A stretch of 56,573 bases of DNA from Prorocentrum cordatum (Eukaryota), in assembly GCA_963575745.1 (NCBI GenBank), contig CAUYUJ010000084.1, positions 62,001 through 118,573 of the forward strand, given 5' to 3'. Shown one piece after another: positions 24,511-37,064 of this stretch. The translations under genes were made by a program, and so were the position numbers. How positions within the stretch are numbered: position 1 is the stretch's first letter; every line of letters begins with the position of its first letter. Under the pieces are notes generated by a model. The model saw only the letters and a list, made by a program, of their open reading frames with translations, was not told the DNA's origin and did not search any database.

Positions 24511-26106
24511 CACGCCCCCGGCCTGCTCGTCCCTCTGGCCAGCGCCCAGCGGCGGGGCGAAACGAACCGCGGTGTCGGGGCCCTGCGGGGCTGAGGAGGA
24601 TGTCTGCGCCGTGGGCAGCTCTGGCGCGAGCTCAACGCAAGCCTGGGTTCGAGGAGGAGGTGCGGGGCCGTGGGGGACTTCAGTGTTGTAGGCAGCTCCA
24701 GCGCGAGCTCCAGGCAAGCCTGGGATAGAGGAGGAGGTGCGGGGGCTGATTGAGTGGGGCAGAAGGGGGGGTGGGAGGGAGGGAGGGGGACGTGAGAGGC
24801 GCCGACGGGGAGGGGGGGGGACTGGTCTGGTGCAGGGTCAGGGGAGGATTGGCCCAGGGGGGGATGCATCGACCCCCAATCGCCCACTCATCGCTGACAG
24901 GGCCCACCCCGCCCAGGAGCGTGCGGCCTCGGCATCGGGGATCGGTGATGTTTCGCCGATTTCGGGTCGAAAGTCCCCCCCCCCTGAGCCGGTCCCCCTC
25001 CAGCATGTTCCCCTCCAGGACGGGGACGCCAGAGGCCCCGAACGGGGGGGATTGGCCCAGGGGAAGTTGGGCATTCGTGGCCAAGACGAGGTCTGATTAT
25101 GCGCACCCTGAACTCGTGGGGCAGCGAGTCGACGCTCCAGAGGACGATCTCCACGAAACACTATGGCTGCCAAATGCAGTTTCCCAGAATCGAGCGAGTG
25201 CTACGTAACAATCACGGCCCAGCCCCGAGAAGAGTGCAAATAGCACAACGGTTTCTTAGAAGCCAGCGTCAAGTAACGTACGTTGTGAACCGTCACGGCG
25301 CCGCCACTTGGAAGCAGCATTGACATAATACTTGGGAAAAGGTCTTCAGTTTAATGGACGAAACTGATGTGCCTCTGTACTGTCCGCACGCGGGCTAAGC
25401 CTCCATAGCGTGAGTTTGATGACATTTCTCCTCCCAGTAGCAACAATCTCAGGATGCAAGTAATAACAGCCACTGACTACGGGCGGCGCCGACCCGCAAA
25501 CGAGAGCACCCCCTCGCGGCCGAGCAAATGTAAACTGGCGTGAATCAGTGAGAAAACGATGAGGGCACCGACTGCCGAGGCATGCCGCCAGACAATCCAA
25601 AGACACCGTCTTTCCAATCCCACACAGCAGAACTGCATGCACCCGCCGCCTCCCAGACCTCCACGACTCAGATACTGACCCACTACGCACGGCGACCTTG
25701 ATATGAGGCGAACGGATGCCACAAATAAGGCAGAATGCAACGAGGAACGGTCCATAGAGCTGAAGGCGTGTGCAAAACGTCATGGTACAGGAGAGAAGGA
25801 GGAAGGGGACGCGCAGTGCTGCAGATTCAAGGCGAAGATCGGAGGGTCGGGGAACCGCACGCCGAGAAGCGCAGAATCTGCAAAGAAAAACACCCTCCGA
25901 GAGGACCGCGGAAGTGAGAACCGCTGGCGACTCCCGCCAGGCAGCCGCCTCGAGCCTCGCCAGAGCACGCCAGAGACCTCCGAGCGCGAGGGCCGCCGAG
26001 CGCGCCGCCGAGCGCGCCGCCGCCGAGAGCACCGCCGAGGGCCGCCGAAGGCCCCCCCCCCCGCCTGCCCTGGGGAGCCGCCGGCAGCGGCCTCCTCCGC
26101 GCGGAG

Positions 26107-26121
26107 GCGCCCATCTCCGAG
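26107..26121 (+). CDS. RCE1: RCE1 15-nt microexon (APISE)
   Basis: GAG|GCGCCCATCTCCGAG|GA; joins RNYVL to EFVFR, completing RNYVLAPISEEFVFRAC (catalytic EExxxR). Confidence 0.8.
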
Positions 26122-26390
26122 GAGCGCGGCACGCGGCGCTCTTGCGCGCGGCCGGCGGCGGCCGCCCGCGGCAGCTGCTGGCGGCGGCCGCCAGCGGCAG
26201 CTGCGCGACGGCGGCGGCGGCCGGCGGCGGTCGGCGGCGGCGCCGCGTGGCGGCGGCGGTCGGCGCGGCAGCGGCGGCCGCCCGCGGCAGCTGCTGCGGC
26301 GGTGGCGGCGGCGAGGGCGGCAGCTCGCCGTGGTGCCCAGGAGAGGACGGGACATCGATGCCGCTGCCTCTCCGTCGTCGCCACGGCTCA

Positions 26391-26535
26391 GAGGCGACGA
26401 TAGGGGCGAATGGCCTAGGGGAGTGCAATACATGTATCCAGGACCAGGAGCGCCGATGATCTATGTCTTCGACCAGGCTCCCGGGCGAGTACGTGTAATG
26501 CCTGCCCCTGGGCTATTCGCCCCTATCGTCGCCTC
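26391..26535. repeat. Fold-back inverted repeat
   Basis: Perfect 21-bp arms at 26391-26411 and 26515-26535, extending imperfectly inward to about 60 bp. Confidence 0.85.
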
Positions 26536-26759
26536 CGAACGGCGGGGTTCGCCCCGGAGTTCTGGTCAGAGAGCACCCTTGGAGAGAGGTCCAGGGAGCA
26601 GCGGCATCGGTACCTTGCTGTCCCCGAGGTGCTTCTCCCCGCTCTGGGCCTCCCTGGGGCCCTCCGCGGGCCCGAGGACCGTCAGAAGGCGGCCCAGGAT
26701 GAAGAGCGAGGGCTGGTCCCATCAGGGCCAATGTTCCAGTGGGGGCCCCTGCCAAGAAA

Positions 26760-26890
26760 CACCCTGCTTGCCTCCAGGGTGCCCTGGGTTTCTTGGGTTC
26801 TGCGATGGAAAGCGTGACGCTCCCACACCGCAAATCAATGGACGTCCTGGGGTCTCAGGGTTGGGCTTCTTGTGGAAGGTCTCTTGTGGA
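26760..26890. repeat. Dispersed repeat copy
   Basis: CTTGCCTCCAGGGTGCCCTGGGTTTC...GGAAAGCGTGACG.TCCCACACC, also at about 36390-36530. Confidence 0.85.
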
Positions 26891-27670
26891 GTGGCCTCTT
26901 ACTGCAGGGGGCCTCCGGCTCGGGCTCCGGGGGGGGGGGACGCACCGACCCCCGATCCCCATGCATCGCGGACGGGGGCCCGATGGTCTGCCTCGCCCGG
27001 CCCGTGCGGCTTCGCTGTCGGGGGCCTCTCGCTGATCTGTTGGCGATGTATCGCCGATCTCGGGTGGGTGCTCGGCTTCCCCCCCCCCCGAGCCAGTCCC
27101 CCCCCCAGACGCGGCCCCTCCAAGGCGTCGGGATCCAGGACCCGTCTCCCTCCGGCTGCCTGGCAGCAGCTCTGACGGCGGCGGCGCCGTGCCTGCGACG
27201 GCGGTGGCTCACGGGGCGCGGCTGCACTACAGGTTCTGCTTGGTGGAGTCCCTTTCCCATCAGTTGGGAAGCCGGCAGTGTCCACCTTTTTCGGAGTAAA
27301 AAAAACGTCCGTTTAAAAAGCGTGTCTGCATCGATGCAATGTACCGCAAGTCCCCCACGGCGCGACGGCGGTGGCTCACGGGGCGCGTTCTACTACTCGC
27401 AAGCGTCCGCAAAAACACGTGTCTGCATCGATGCAATGTATCGCAGGTCCCCCTATGGCGGACCCTGGCTATTTGCGAGCACTTGCTCTGCGAGCGGTAG
27501 TGGAGCGCGCGCGTCGAGCGGCGGCGAGAGCGCGGACGGAGCAGGGCGGGCGCTCTGTGGCAGGACCGAGGGCTCGGGGGGGGGGCTCGGGGGGGGGCTT
27601 GGGGGGGCCTCGGGGGGGCTTGGGGGGGCTCGGGAGTCTCGGGGGCTCGAGGGGTCGAAGGTCGAGGGGC

Positions 27671-27830
27671 AGAAAAAACGGCACGGGCACAAACTTCAGG
27701 AGCTCCGCGCGGATTTTCTCGGAGCTGCGCTGGGCCCCCTGACGCGCTCCGCGCGCCAGTGATGAGGCTCCAGTGCAGATCCAAGAACTCCGCGCGGGGA
27801 CCCCCGAGAGGTTGTTCGTGCCGTTTCTGT
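27671..27830. mobile_element. MITE-like fold-back element, diverged copy
   Basis: Homologous to 32270-32465 and 32750-32950; terminal inverted arms retained, one internal hairpin. Confidence 0.6.
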
Positions 27831-28286
27831 TGTGCTGCCCCCCTGGAGGGGCCGGAGGGGCCGAGGGATCCGAGCTGAGGGGGGGGGCGCCAGCCCGAGC
27901 GGAGCGCGGAGCAGGCTGCGGCGAGAGAGGCAGCCCGAGTGCGGCCTCTCACAAGAGGGGAAGGAGAGGAGTGGAACGGGGCGAGACGAGAGCGCGATTG
28001 AAACCGGCATTCTCTTGACTTCCTCCTCCTCCTCCTCCTCCTCCTCCTCCTCCTCCTCCTCCTCGTTCTCGTCGTTCTCCTCCTCCTTCTCTCTCCCTTC
28101 TCCTTTTCCTCTCCCTCCTCCTCCTCCTCCTCCTCCTCTCCTCCTCCTCCTCCTCTTCTTCTTCCTCGTTCTCCTCCTCCTCCTCCTCCTCCTCCTCCTC
28201 CTCCTCCTCCTCCTCCTCCTCCTCCTCCTCCTCCTCCTCCTCTCTGCTCCCTTCCTGTCCCCCCGCCCCCCCCGCTCCTGGCCCAG

Positions 28287-28342
28287 GAGTTCGTCTTCCG
28301 CGCTTGCCTCGTCAGGCTATGGCTGGGGGCCGACTTTCCTAG
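28287..28342 (+). CDS. RCE1: RCE1 exon (EFVFRACLVRLWLGADFP[R])
   Basis: CAG|G acceptor, AG|GC donor, phase 2; EFVFRAC motif. Confidence 0.92.
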
Positions 28343-29621
28343 GCCGGCTCTCCCGAGCCTGTCGTTAGTCGTCAGTCTCTCTCTCTCTCTCTCTGTCTCC
28401 CGGATTTTGCCAGGGGTGACCCTGGTCGACTGCGTACTCGTGTGACGAATCCTGACTCGACGAATCCTACTGCACTCGATACTATAATATTTTGACATCT
28501 GATCGAAGATCAGAGTCGATCGTACTGCCACGCCGCTGGGACTCAAGACCCATCCCAGAGACCAACCGTAGATGGCCAGAAGATCGGATGATCAAACCAT
28601 TGGCGTGCGAAGAATGCCGTACGTAGGAGGCAAGATCGGAAACATGATCTACGACCGACCGCTCTCGTCTGCCGTACTCCGTCTGTGGCTGCCAAAATGT
28701 TCAAGATTCGCGTTTCCCTACCAGCCCATCCAGAAGGGATCTCAAGGCGAGAAGTTATTTGGTGAGCAGTGGAGGAAAGTGAGTGAATCGAAGAGCGGGG
28801 AGAGCAGTTGAGCCCAAGATGAGGTCAGCCCGAGCAGACCCAGGAGTCAGCCATAAAGGTCTCTCTAGAGCTCGCGCTGGATGAACGAATCGAAGCTGTA
28901 GCGAGGCCGAGAAATCTCAACAATGGCCAAGCTGGGGAGCCGAGATGTGTGGCAACTTTCCCAAGAGAGCAGCATTGGGGAACGCCAAGGATTCGTGCTC
29001 CAACCTCGGGTGCGAGGGTGCCGCATCACACCTGACCACGCCGCATTCGCCCTAATTTCGCCTGTTAGGCCGTCAATTGGGGATAGGCCCGATGCAGAAG
29101 GGGAGAAGGATGATCCAACCGGTTGGACGCCAGCCGAATTTACGATTATGCATAACTTACAGACGCCTCATCCACTCTTTTTGCGACTTCATCCGCTCAT
29201 TTCCCTGCCCCCTAACAAGGGGCACCCCCATGGGTCGGCATGGATGCGCAAGGGTCGGGAGCCATCAGTGGCACACTCAGGGGGAATGGTGGCGTGCGCG
29301 AATCGAGTCAAGAGTACATACACTCCACATACGCCCCTGCAGCCTTTCCTTCTCGGGGAAGAGTGGTGACCGTCTTCAATACATTCAATACATTGAGATT
29401 CGCAACGCCGGTTTGGGAGGATCCACCAGTGAGAACAATGGGCCAAACGCTTCCCTCTTGCCATGAGGCTCGACATGAGGGATCGAACAGCACGTGCAGC
29501 TCTTTCCCTTCTCCCCCTGCTCTTCCTCCCCCTCCCAGAAGCCCAGGGTCGCCAAGATTCTCGCCCCCACCCCCGCCCCGTTCCCTCCTCCACCCTGCCG
29601 CAAGCCCACTGGCAAGCCCAG

Positions 29622-29688
29622 GGCCGCCATCATCCTCGTCAGCCCGCTCTGCTTCGGGCTGGCGCACGCGCACCACTTCATGGAGCAG
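29622..29688 (+). CDS. RCE1: RCE1 exon (AAIILVSPLCFGLAHAHHFMEQ)
   Basis: FxxxH motif (FGLAH.HH); CAG|G acceptor, CAG|GT donor; phase matches the previous exon. Confidence 0.93.
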
Positions 29689-30831
29689 GTGCGGAGGGGC
29701 CGCCGACCGCACACCGACACCGATCCTGACCTGCAATGCCCTGCAACGCGTCGTTGACAGTGTCAAGGTCCGCCCCCGAGTTGATGACCTCCGACGTGTC
29801 CTCGGAGCCCGCAGGTCGCGATGCGCTGGGCCGGGGATGGGCACGGGGGGCCGAAAAGCTCGGCTTGAGCTCCGCGGGGGGTGTTGTTCAGGCGCTGCGC
29901 CCAGTCTGCCGGCCCGCAGTTTGTTTCATGGTTGCTATCTGCCCGTGTGCTCGGTGGGACTGGGACGTTGCTGGGTCGTGGCAGTTTCCCCGAGCTGTCG
30001 CGTGAGGCCCGCGTGGGGTGAAGCAGCCGCCGGGTAGATCAGGGGCAAGCCTCGGGGCCTGGTGGTGTGGATCCACGAGCGAGTAGTGTCATACCTCGGG
30101 TGGATCGGCTTGCGTCGGGCGGGCGGACCTAAACTGGCGGGCCAGGCGGGCGGACCCTGATGGGTGTCGGGGCCGCGGCCCCGACGGCTTGGGCGGTCGG
30201 GGCGGGCGGGCCCCGACGCACGGGCCTGGTGGGCGGGCCCTGACGGCCGGGTCGGGTCGTGCGGGCGTGGCGTGAAGGCGCGGATCCCTTGCAGAAGGGC
30301 CGCGCCCCCCGGGCGGTCGAGGCGGGCCGGGCGGGCGGACCCCGACGGGAGGGTCGGGCGGGCGGGCCTGAACGGACGGGTCGGGCCACCTGGCGGGCCT
30401 CAGCAGGCGGGTGGGGCGGGCGGGCGGGACATCCAAGTGTGAACGGCCAGGGGAGGAGCCAGTCCTCGGGCGGCCAGGACGGGCCGGGCCGGGCGGACGG
30501 GCCGCAGAGGGCGGGTTGGGGTGGCGGCCTTGGGCCTTGGCTGCCGGGTCGGGCTGGCGGGCGTTGACGGGCGGGCCGGGGCGGGCGGGACATCCAAGTG
30601 TGGATTCGCAGACGAGTCGGATCGCGGCTCTGGCACGAGCAGCTCGTGTCCGGCGCGCGGGACTTCGCAGGCGAATCGGGCGGCGGGCCCGAGCGGGCGG
30701 GTCTGGCGGGCCGGCCCTGGGTCGGGCCTGGCGGGCGGAGGACGACGGCCACGACCACGCGGTGGGGGTCGCGCGGGGCGCAGCGGACACGACGGCGTGT
30801 GGCGCCGACGCGGGCACAGCGCTGCGGGGAG

Positions 30832-30936
<105 letters not shown>

Positions 30937-31087
30937 GGCGGCGGCGGCGGTGAAGGTGACGGCGGCGGCGGCGAAGGCGAAGGCGACGGCGGCGAAGCGG
31001 CGAGGTGGCGAAGCGGCGAAGCGGCGAAGCAGCGAAGCGATGAAGCGGAGGCGGCGGCGAAGCGGAGGCGGGCGCAGTCGCTTGCAG

Positions 31088-31138
31088 GTGCGGAGGGGCC
31101 AGGACAAGGCGACCGCCGCCCAGACCACCGCCTTCCAG
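31088..31138 (+). CDS. RCE1: RCE1 exon (VRRGQDKATAAQTTAFQ)
   Basis: CAG|G acceptor, CAG|GC donor, 17 codons; ends in the conserved FQ preceding xxYT. Confidence 0.88.
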
Positions 31139-32269
31139 GCGCGAGCGCCGCCTCGCGCGGGTGATGAGCCAGCCAGAGGGGGCTTGGGCCGCGGCGGGTC
31201 GCTGTATGCCACGACGATCGAAATTGGTACGGAAAGAATGCGGACAAAGGCCAACAACAAATCCTGCCCTTTTGGAGTAGGACTCGTTGTCGGCGCCGCC
31301 GCGGTTGTTGTCCTTTCGAGATAACAGGTCGCCTGCGCAACAAGGGCCGCTGCCAGTTTGGGGCAACATGTGCAGTTGGGCATCGTACCCATTTTTCTGT
31401 ACGCATTTCGGGCGTGCCAAGCGGGAGTCCGTCCCTGGAGGATCAAGGAAATCCGTTGTGGAGGTCGAGACCCCATCTTGGAGAGACAGAAGCATCCAGG
31501 ATATCGGATAGAGGGGGAAAGAGGGCATCCAGAGTTGGAGTTTGGGCCTCAACTCTGGCGACGTTCGGTCCTCTGGGTCCTCGCCTTTTTCCTCCCGCCC
31601 TCTTCCTCCTCCTCGTCCTCCTCCTCCTCCTCCTCCTCCTCCTCCTCTTCCTCGTTCTCATCCTCCTTGTTCTCATCCGCCTCCTCCTCCTCCTCCTCGA
31701 CCTCCTCCCCCATCCTCCTCCTCCTCCTCCACCTCCTCCTCCTCCTCCTCTTCCTCCTCCTCCTCCTCCTCCTCCTCCTCCTCCTCCTCCTCCCCCATCC
31801 TCCTCCCCCTCCTTCTCCTCCTCCTCCTCCTTTATCCTCCTCGATCCTCCTCCTCCTCCCTTTCTCCTCCTCCTCTTTCTCTTCCTCCTTCTCCTCCTCC
31901 TCCTCTCCTCCTCTTCTTCCTCCTCCTCCTCCTCCTCCTCCTCCTCCTCCTCCTCCTCCTCCTCCCCCATCCTCCTCTCCCCCGCCCTGCCCCTCTCCCA
32001 AGACTGTGGTCTGTCTCTCCTCGGCTCGAGAGGTCGCATTCTGGAGCAGCAGGCGTTCAGCTCCCATGGCATCATCGAAGACCGCACTGGGGGGCGCTCA
32101 ATCAATCAACCCTCCTCCCGAGGGGGGGGGGCTGCCAGACCGCAGCCGCGACGGTACAGCGGTGGGAGTCCTGCCCTCCTCGAGGTGAAGGAGGTGTTTC
32201 CCAGAGGACCGCAGCAGTCCCATGAGGCCCGCACAGGGTTCGATCTTCAGGACGTTTGTTAGCACAATC

Positions 32270-32465
32270 TGTAAGAAGACAACACCGCATAAGCATAAAC
32301 TTTCGAGGTTCTGCGTGGATCTCTTGGATCCGCGCTGGGCCCGCATGGCGGCGCCTCCAGCGCCCCCCCTGGCGCGCTCCGCGCGCCAGGGAGGGTGGTC
32401 CAGCACAGACCCAAGGAATCCGCGCGGAGCGCCAACAGTTTATGTTCATGCCGTTTTCTTCTCCT
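32270..32465. mobile_element. MITE-like T-shaped fold-back element
   Basis: Long imperfect terminal inverted arms (CATAAACT...AGTTTATG at 32294/32444) enclosing two GC hairpins. Confidence 0.7.
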
Positions 32466-32749
32466 CCTGGAACTACCCTGCTCAGCCCCACCTGCAGCAC
32501 GCAGTCAGTGTCGGCCCTCACTGCATCGCCCGAGCCATAGTGAAGGGAAGGGCTTCGGTGGACGAACACACGTTGGCGCCAACACGCTCCGAGGGTCATC
32601 GAGTCATCTCCAGAGGCTGTGCGGAGGCCCCGAGGAGCGCCCCCCCGCGCATCAGCAGTACGGTAGCGTGATTCGGAGAGTGGCACAGCCAGCAGAGCCC
32701 TGAGACTGGCTCGTTGGAACAATCCGAGATTCAAAATGGTAAGCTCCGT

Positions 32750-32950
32750 TCGAAGAAGAAAAAACGGTATAAACATAAACTTTTGGCGCTCTGCGCGAGT
32801 TTCTTGGATCTGCGCTGGGGCCCCCCGGCGGCGCTTCCAGCGCCGCCCCTGGCGCGCTCCGCGCGCCAGGGAGGGGGGGTTCCAGCGCGGATCCAAGGAA
32901 TCCGGGCGGAGCGATACAAGTTTGGATGTATGGCGTTTTTCTTTTTCTAT
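32750..32950. mobile_element. MITE-like T-shaped fold-back element
   Basis: Same family; internal hairpins at 32827-32847 and 32848-32870, each with a TCC loop. Confidence 0.7.
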
Positions 32951-33621
32951 CCGTTGCATATTGTTCTGACGGCGCCTGCCGAACATTGGATTGGGGACGG
33001 TGCTGCCGCTCGAGCGCCAGCCACATCTCTGATTGGGAACGGTGCTCCGCCCGAGCGCCGGCCATGATGACATGCTGGGACGCTTGCTGTCCCCATCTTT
33101 GAGTGGCTGTCCTGGTTGCCTGGAGTGTTTTCTGGCGACTTTCTGTTGGTACTTTTTCTTATTGAACACGGTCGGCCACTCTACTACGCGTGTTCCCTTC
33201 TCTACCTCTCTTCCCCTCTTCCTGTGCATTCTGCGTCCCACGTGTGTCGCTGCTTCCCGACTGCACGGTTCATGCGGATTGCGTTGTGCCTTCGCGTTTG
33301 TCTCTCCATGGTTGTCGTTTGGGGATCAGGGGCGGCCAGATCGACCCCACAGCACACCGACCCCTTCCATGACGCCTCCCTCCACGTCGCTCCAAGACGT
33401 GAGCAGGCGTCCCGAGGGGAGCCTGGAGGCTGGGGCTCGGCACGGCAGGGGCTCGTCACGGCAGGGCTCGGTTAGGCTTCAGGGGACCGCCGCACAGCGC
33501 CCTTGCCACTTCCGCCGAGATTTCGACTGTCCAGCGCATTTCGGCGGAGTGCTGCTGCAGTGTCTGCGGGGACAACAGGCGGATGGGGCCGGTCATGCCG
33601 TGCCTCCCTCCCTTCGCCAAG

Positions 33622-33690
33622 GTGTGCTACACCTGGCTGTTCGGCATGTTCTGCAACTTCCTGCTGCTCCGCACCGGCTCCACGCTGGCG
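33622..33690 (+). CDS. RCE1: RCE1 exon (VCYTWLFGMFCNFLLLRTGSTLA)
   Basis: Matches the RCE1 YTxxFGxxxxFxxxRTG segment; AAG|G acceptor, G|GT donor. Confidence 0.93.
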
Positions 33691-35496
33691 GTCCGCCCTG
33701 CGCCGCCGCCTCACCTCTCTGCCGGCTGGGGGGTGGGAGGGGACGAAATGGGGACTGGGAAAGGGAGGGGTTACAAAATTTGCTTCACGCAGCTGGTTTC
33801 GGTCCCACCGTCGGCCGCTTTCCTCGATATGGTGGCGCATCTGCTAACCCCCTCTTTGCTATCCTCAGGAAAAAATCACACAGGCACACATAATCGTCGG
33901 TGCCCAGGGAGATATGGGAAAGATGGGAAGTGGATGCGGAGACGAGCACCCATCAAATGTGGAACAGCTGGGGAATCCTGGGATCTGTGCCATCTGGGTT
34001 GGCGTGTCCCTGGGCTCCTTCACATCCCCCCTCTCCGTCCGCCCCGAAAGGAGGGAGGCAGGGACTCGGAGCTGTCGAGCTCCCCGACTACGGAGGCCGC
34101 GCCTCCGTTCTAGAAGTAGGGAGACCTCCGGGATGGGAGAAAGAGAGGCCTCCAGGGTGGAAGTCGGGTTCCGTTTTGGGAGGTCATCGATCTTCTCGGG
34201 AGGTGGAGGTCGGAGGGAGGGAGGACAGCAGGGAGGAGGAGGATGAGGAGGAGGAGGAGGAGGACTGAGGAGGGCTGAGGACCTGGGGAGGATCGAGGAA
34301 TGGGAGGAGGAGGAGGAGGATGAGGAGGAGGAGGAGGAGGAGGAATTAGAGGAGGAGGAGGAGGAGGAGGAGGAGGAGGAGAAGGAGGAAAGGGGGGGAT
34401 GAGATACGGTAGGTGCGCTCGCGCCATGTCTGATATCATCCTTCGCGCCCATCCCTTCTCATTGCGTTATTGCGCTGACTTTTTCATATCCGCAGACGCG
34501 TGCGGACCTGGAATTCCCCCAACGACCCTATCATGTTACGGGTAATCCGAAAGGGGGAGCTGAGCAAGAGGAAAGGGAGGAGGATGAGGGAGGAGGATGA
34601 GGGAGGAGGAGGAGGAGGAGGAGGACGAGGAGGAGGAGGAACTACGAGGCTGAAAAGCAGCAGTGGGAATTGGAGTGGAAAGAGCGGGAGGAGCAGGAGA
34701 ACTAGGGGAATTGGAGGAGAAAGGAGGGGGGCGACAACGATGGGGAAGGATTCAGATGCAGAAAAATGGCCTACGCTCGGGTGAGCAAAGCGCCGATCTG
34801 AAAAGGAGGCCCACGCTGCAGCGGGAACACCATCTTGACATATCGAAAATCATCGGACTGCAAGACAAAGCATAAGAACACACACACCAATCCAATCCTG
34901 TGTGTTAGAAATACGCGAAGAGGGCGGGACATCTCAGGCCAGGTTCGGATCCGATCCGAGTCCGATGCGCCCCTACCGATTCTGGTTCTGGTGGTTCTGG
35001 GCCGATGCCATGTATGCTTTCTGATTTCGATTCTGGTCCGATGTGCGGATACCGATTTTGGTTCCGATCCGGCGTTCTCGACTCCCATCGATTCTGGTTC
35101 GGATTCCGATGCTTCGTGCGGAACTCAAGGAAGGTAGGACGGGAGAGGCAGGGTGAAACAAGAGGAAGAGAGGGAGGAGGAGGACGAGGAGGAGGAGGAG
35201 AATGAGGAGAAGTTGGAGGAGAAGCTGGAGGAGGAGGAGGAGGAGGAGGAGGAGGAGGAGGAGGAGGAGGAGGAGGAGGTAGTAGAAAGGGCCGAGAAGC
35301 TGGTGGAGGGAGAAGGTGAGAGACGGCTGAGGGAGGAGAGGCCAGGGGAGGTAAACCGCCGTGCGCTGCCGCGCGCTCCTCTGGGAGCGGGCCCCCCCTG
35401 CGGGGAGGGGGGCCCCCTGCCGGGAGGGGGCCCGCTGCCGGGAGGGGAGCCCCCTGCCCGGAGGGAGCTTTTGCCGGGTCGGGTTGGGGGGCACGC

Positions 35497-35570
<74 letters not shown>

Positions 35571-36203
35571 GGGAGATCCTGGGTGGTTCTGAGGCGTGCT
35601 GGGAGACCGCGTTCGATTCCGATTTCGATTCCGGTGCGGCGGACCGGTTCTGGTCAGAAATGTTTCTGAATTTCCTATTTTGATCCGATTTGTTGAGCGT
35701 GTTTCGGGTTCTTTCCAGTCCAGTTGTCCGATGTTTTCCGCCGATTCGATTTCAAGTTTTCGATCCGATGGAGGGTGGGTTTGCATCTTGCGGACGGACG
35801 AGAGTAGAAGGCAGGAGGAGGCAGGAAGAGGCATGAGGAGCAGGAGGAGGAGGAGGAGGAGGAGGAGGAGCGAAAGAGGAGGAGGAGCAGCGAAAGGGGA
35901 GGAGGAGGAGGAGGAGGAGGAGGAGGAGGAGGAGGAGGGAGGAGCGAAAGGGAGGAGGAGGGAGGAGGAGGAGGAGGAGGGGAGGAGGAGGAGGAGGAGG
36001 AGCAGGAGGAGGAGGAGGAGCGAAAGGGGAGGAGGAGGAGGAGGGAGGAGGAGGAGGAGGAGGAGGAGGAGGAGAGGAGGGAGGAGGAGGAGGAGGAGGA
36101 GGAGGAGGAGGAGGAGCAGGAGGAGGAGGAGGAGGAGGAGGAGCAGCAGGAGGAGCGAAAGGGGGAGGCGGCAGTCCCTCACCGCGCTGGACGGCGGCCA
36201 AAG

Positions 36204-36251
36204 GTGATCCTAACGCACGCGTTCTGCAACCACCAGGGGTTCCCCGACCTG
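36204..36251 (+). CDS. RCE1: RCE1 exon (VILTHAFCNHQGFPDL)
   Basis: HxxxN motif (HAFCN..GFP); AAG|G acceptor, G|GA donor. Confidence 0.93.
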
Positions 36252-37064
36252 GAGCCCCGCCCGCCCCGTCCGTGCCCGCCGGCGCCGCTGCACCGCCCGC
36301 CCTGCCGTGGGGGTACGATCGAGATTGGCACCGAAGGAGCGGGGAAGAGCTCGAGGCGAGGATGCATACAGTGGAGACCCATGGCTTGAAGCACCCTCCT
36401 TGCCTCCAGGGTGCCCTGGGTTTCGATGGTTCCGATGGTTTTGCGGTGGAAAGCGTGACGTTCCCACACCAAAAATCAACGGACGTCCTGGAGGCTGAGG
36501 GTTGGGTTTTTTTGTGGAAGGTTTCTTGTTGTCGAGCCCCTACTGTACCCAGCCACCGCCTGGAGGGTCGATCAACGCGGACCTCCACAGGCGGTGGATA
36601 TGGACAGATTCGGGCCCCCGTGGGCCGAAATATAGAACCACCCACCAGGGCACCAGGGCGTCAGTTACCAGGCGGTGGATATGCATAAATCCCCGCCTCG
36701 CAAAGAAGGCCGACGGCAAGGCAAGATACGGCTTCTTAGTCCCTGGCCATAACGGGCGCGACCATGGGGGTGGGGGTGGGTGAGGGGAGGGGGCCGGGCT
36801 GGTCGCGTCGCGGTCCGCGCGGGCGCCGTCCCAAGTTTCTGGGCGGCTCGGCGCGAATCGTGAATTGGGCAGGGGGTGGTCGGGTGTTGCCGCAAGTGCC
36901 CCTGGCCCAAGGTGCCCCCCAGGATCCTTCAGGAGGCCCCCACGGCCTCCGGGGGCCCCACGGGCTCCAGAATTGAGCGAAAAGCTGGGGGCACCGCGGC
37001 ATCCTTGGGCCAGGGGCACCGAGGGGGGGGGGGGCGGGCGGGGCCAGTCCCGGGCGCGATCGCG

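Noticed and set aside
25080..25800. RT/RNase H or 3' LTR of the copia element
   Set aside because: No YVDD-type or RNase H motif and no match to 18439-18632 found by eye.
25703..27175. 490-aa ORF and similar GC-rich ORFs (30089-31552, 42050-43918, 45281-46534)
   Set aside because: Low-complexity Arg/Pro/Gly/Ser frames from GC-rich repeats, with overlapping ORFs in most frames.
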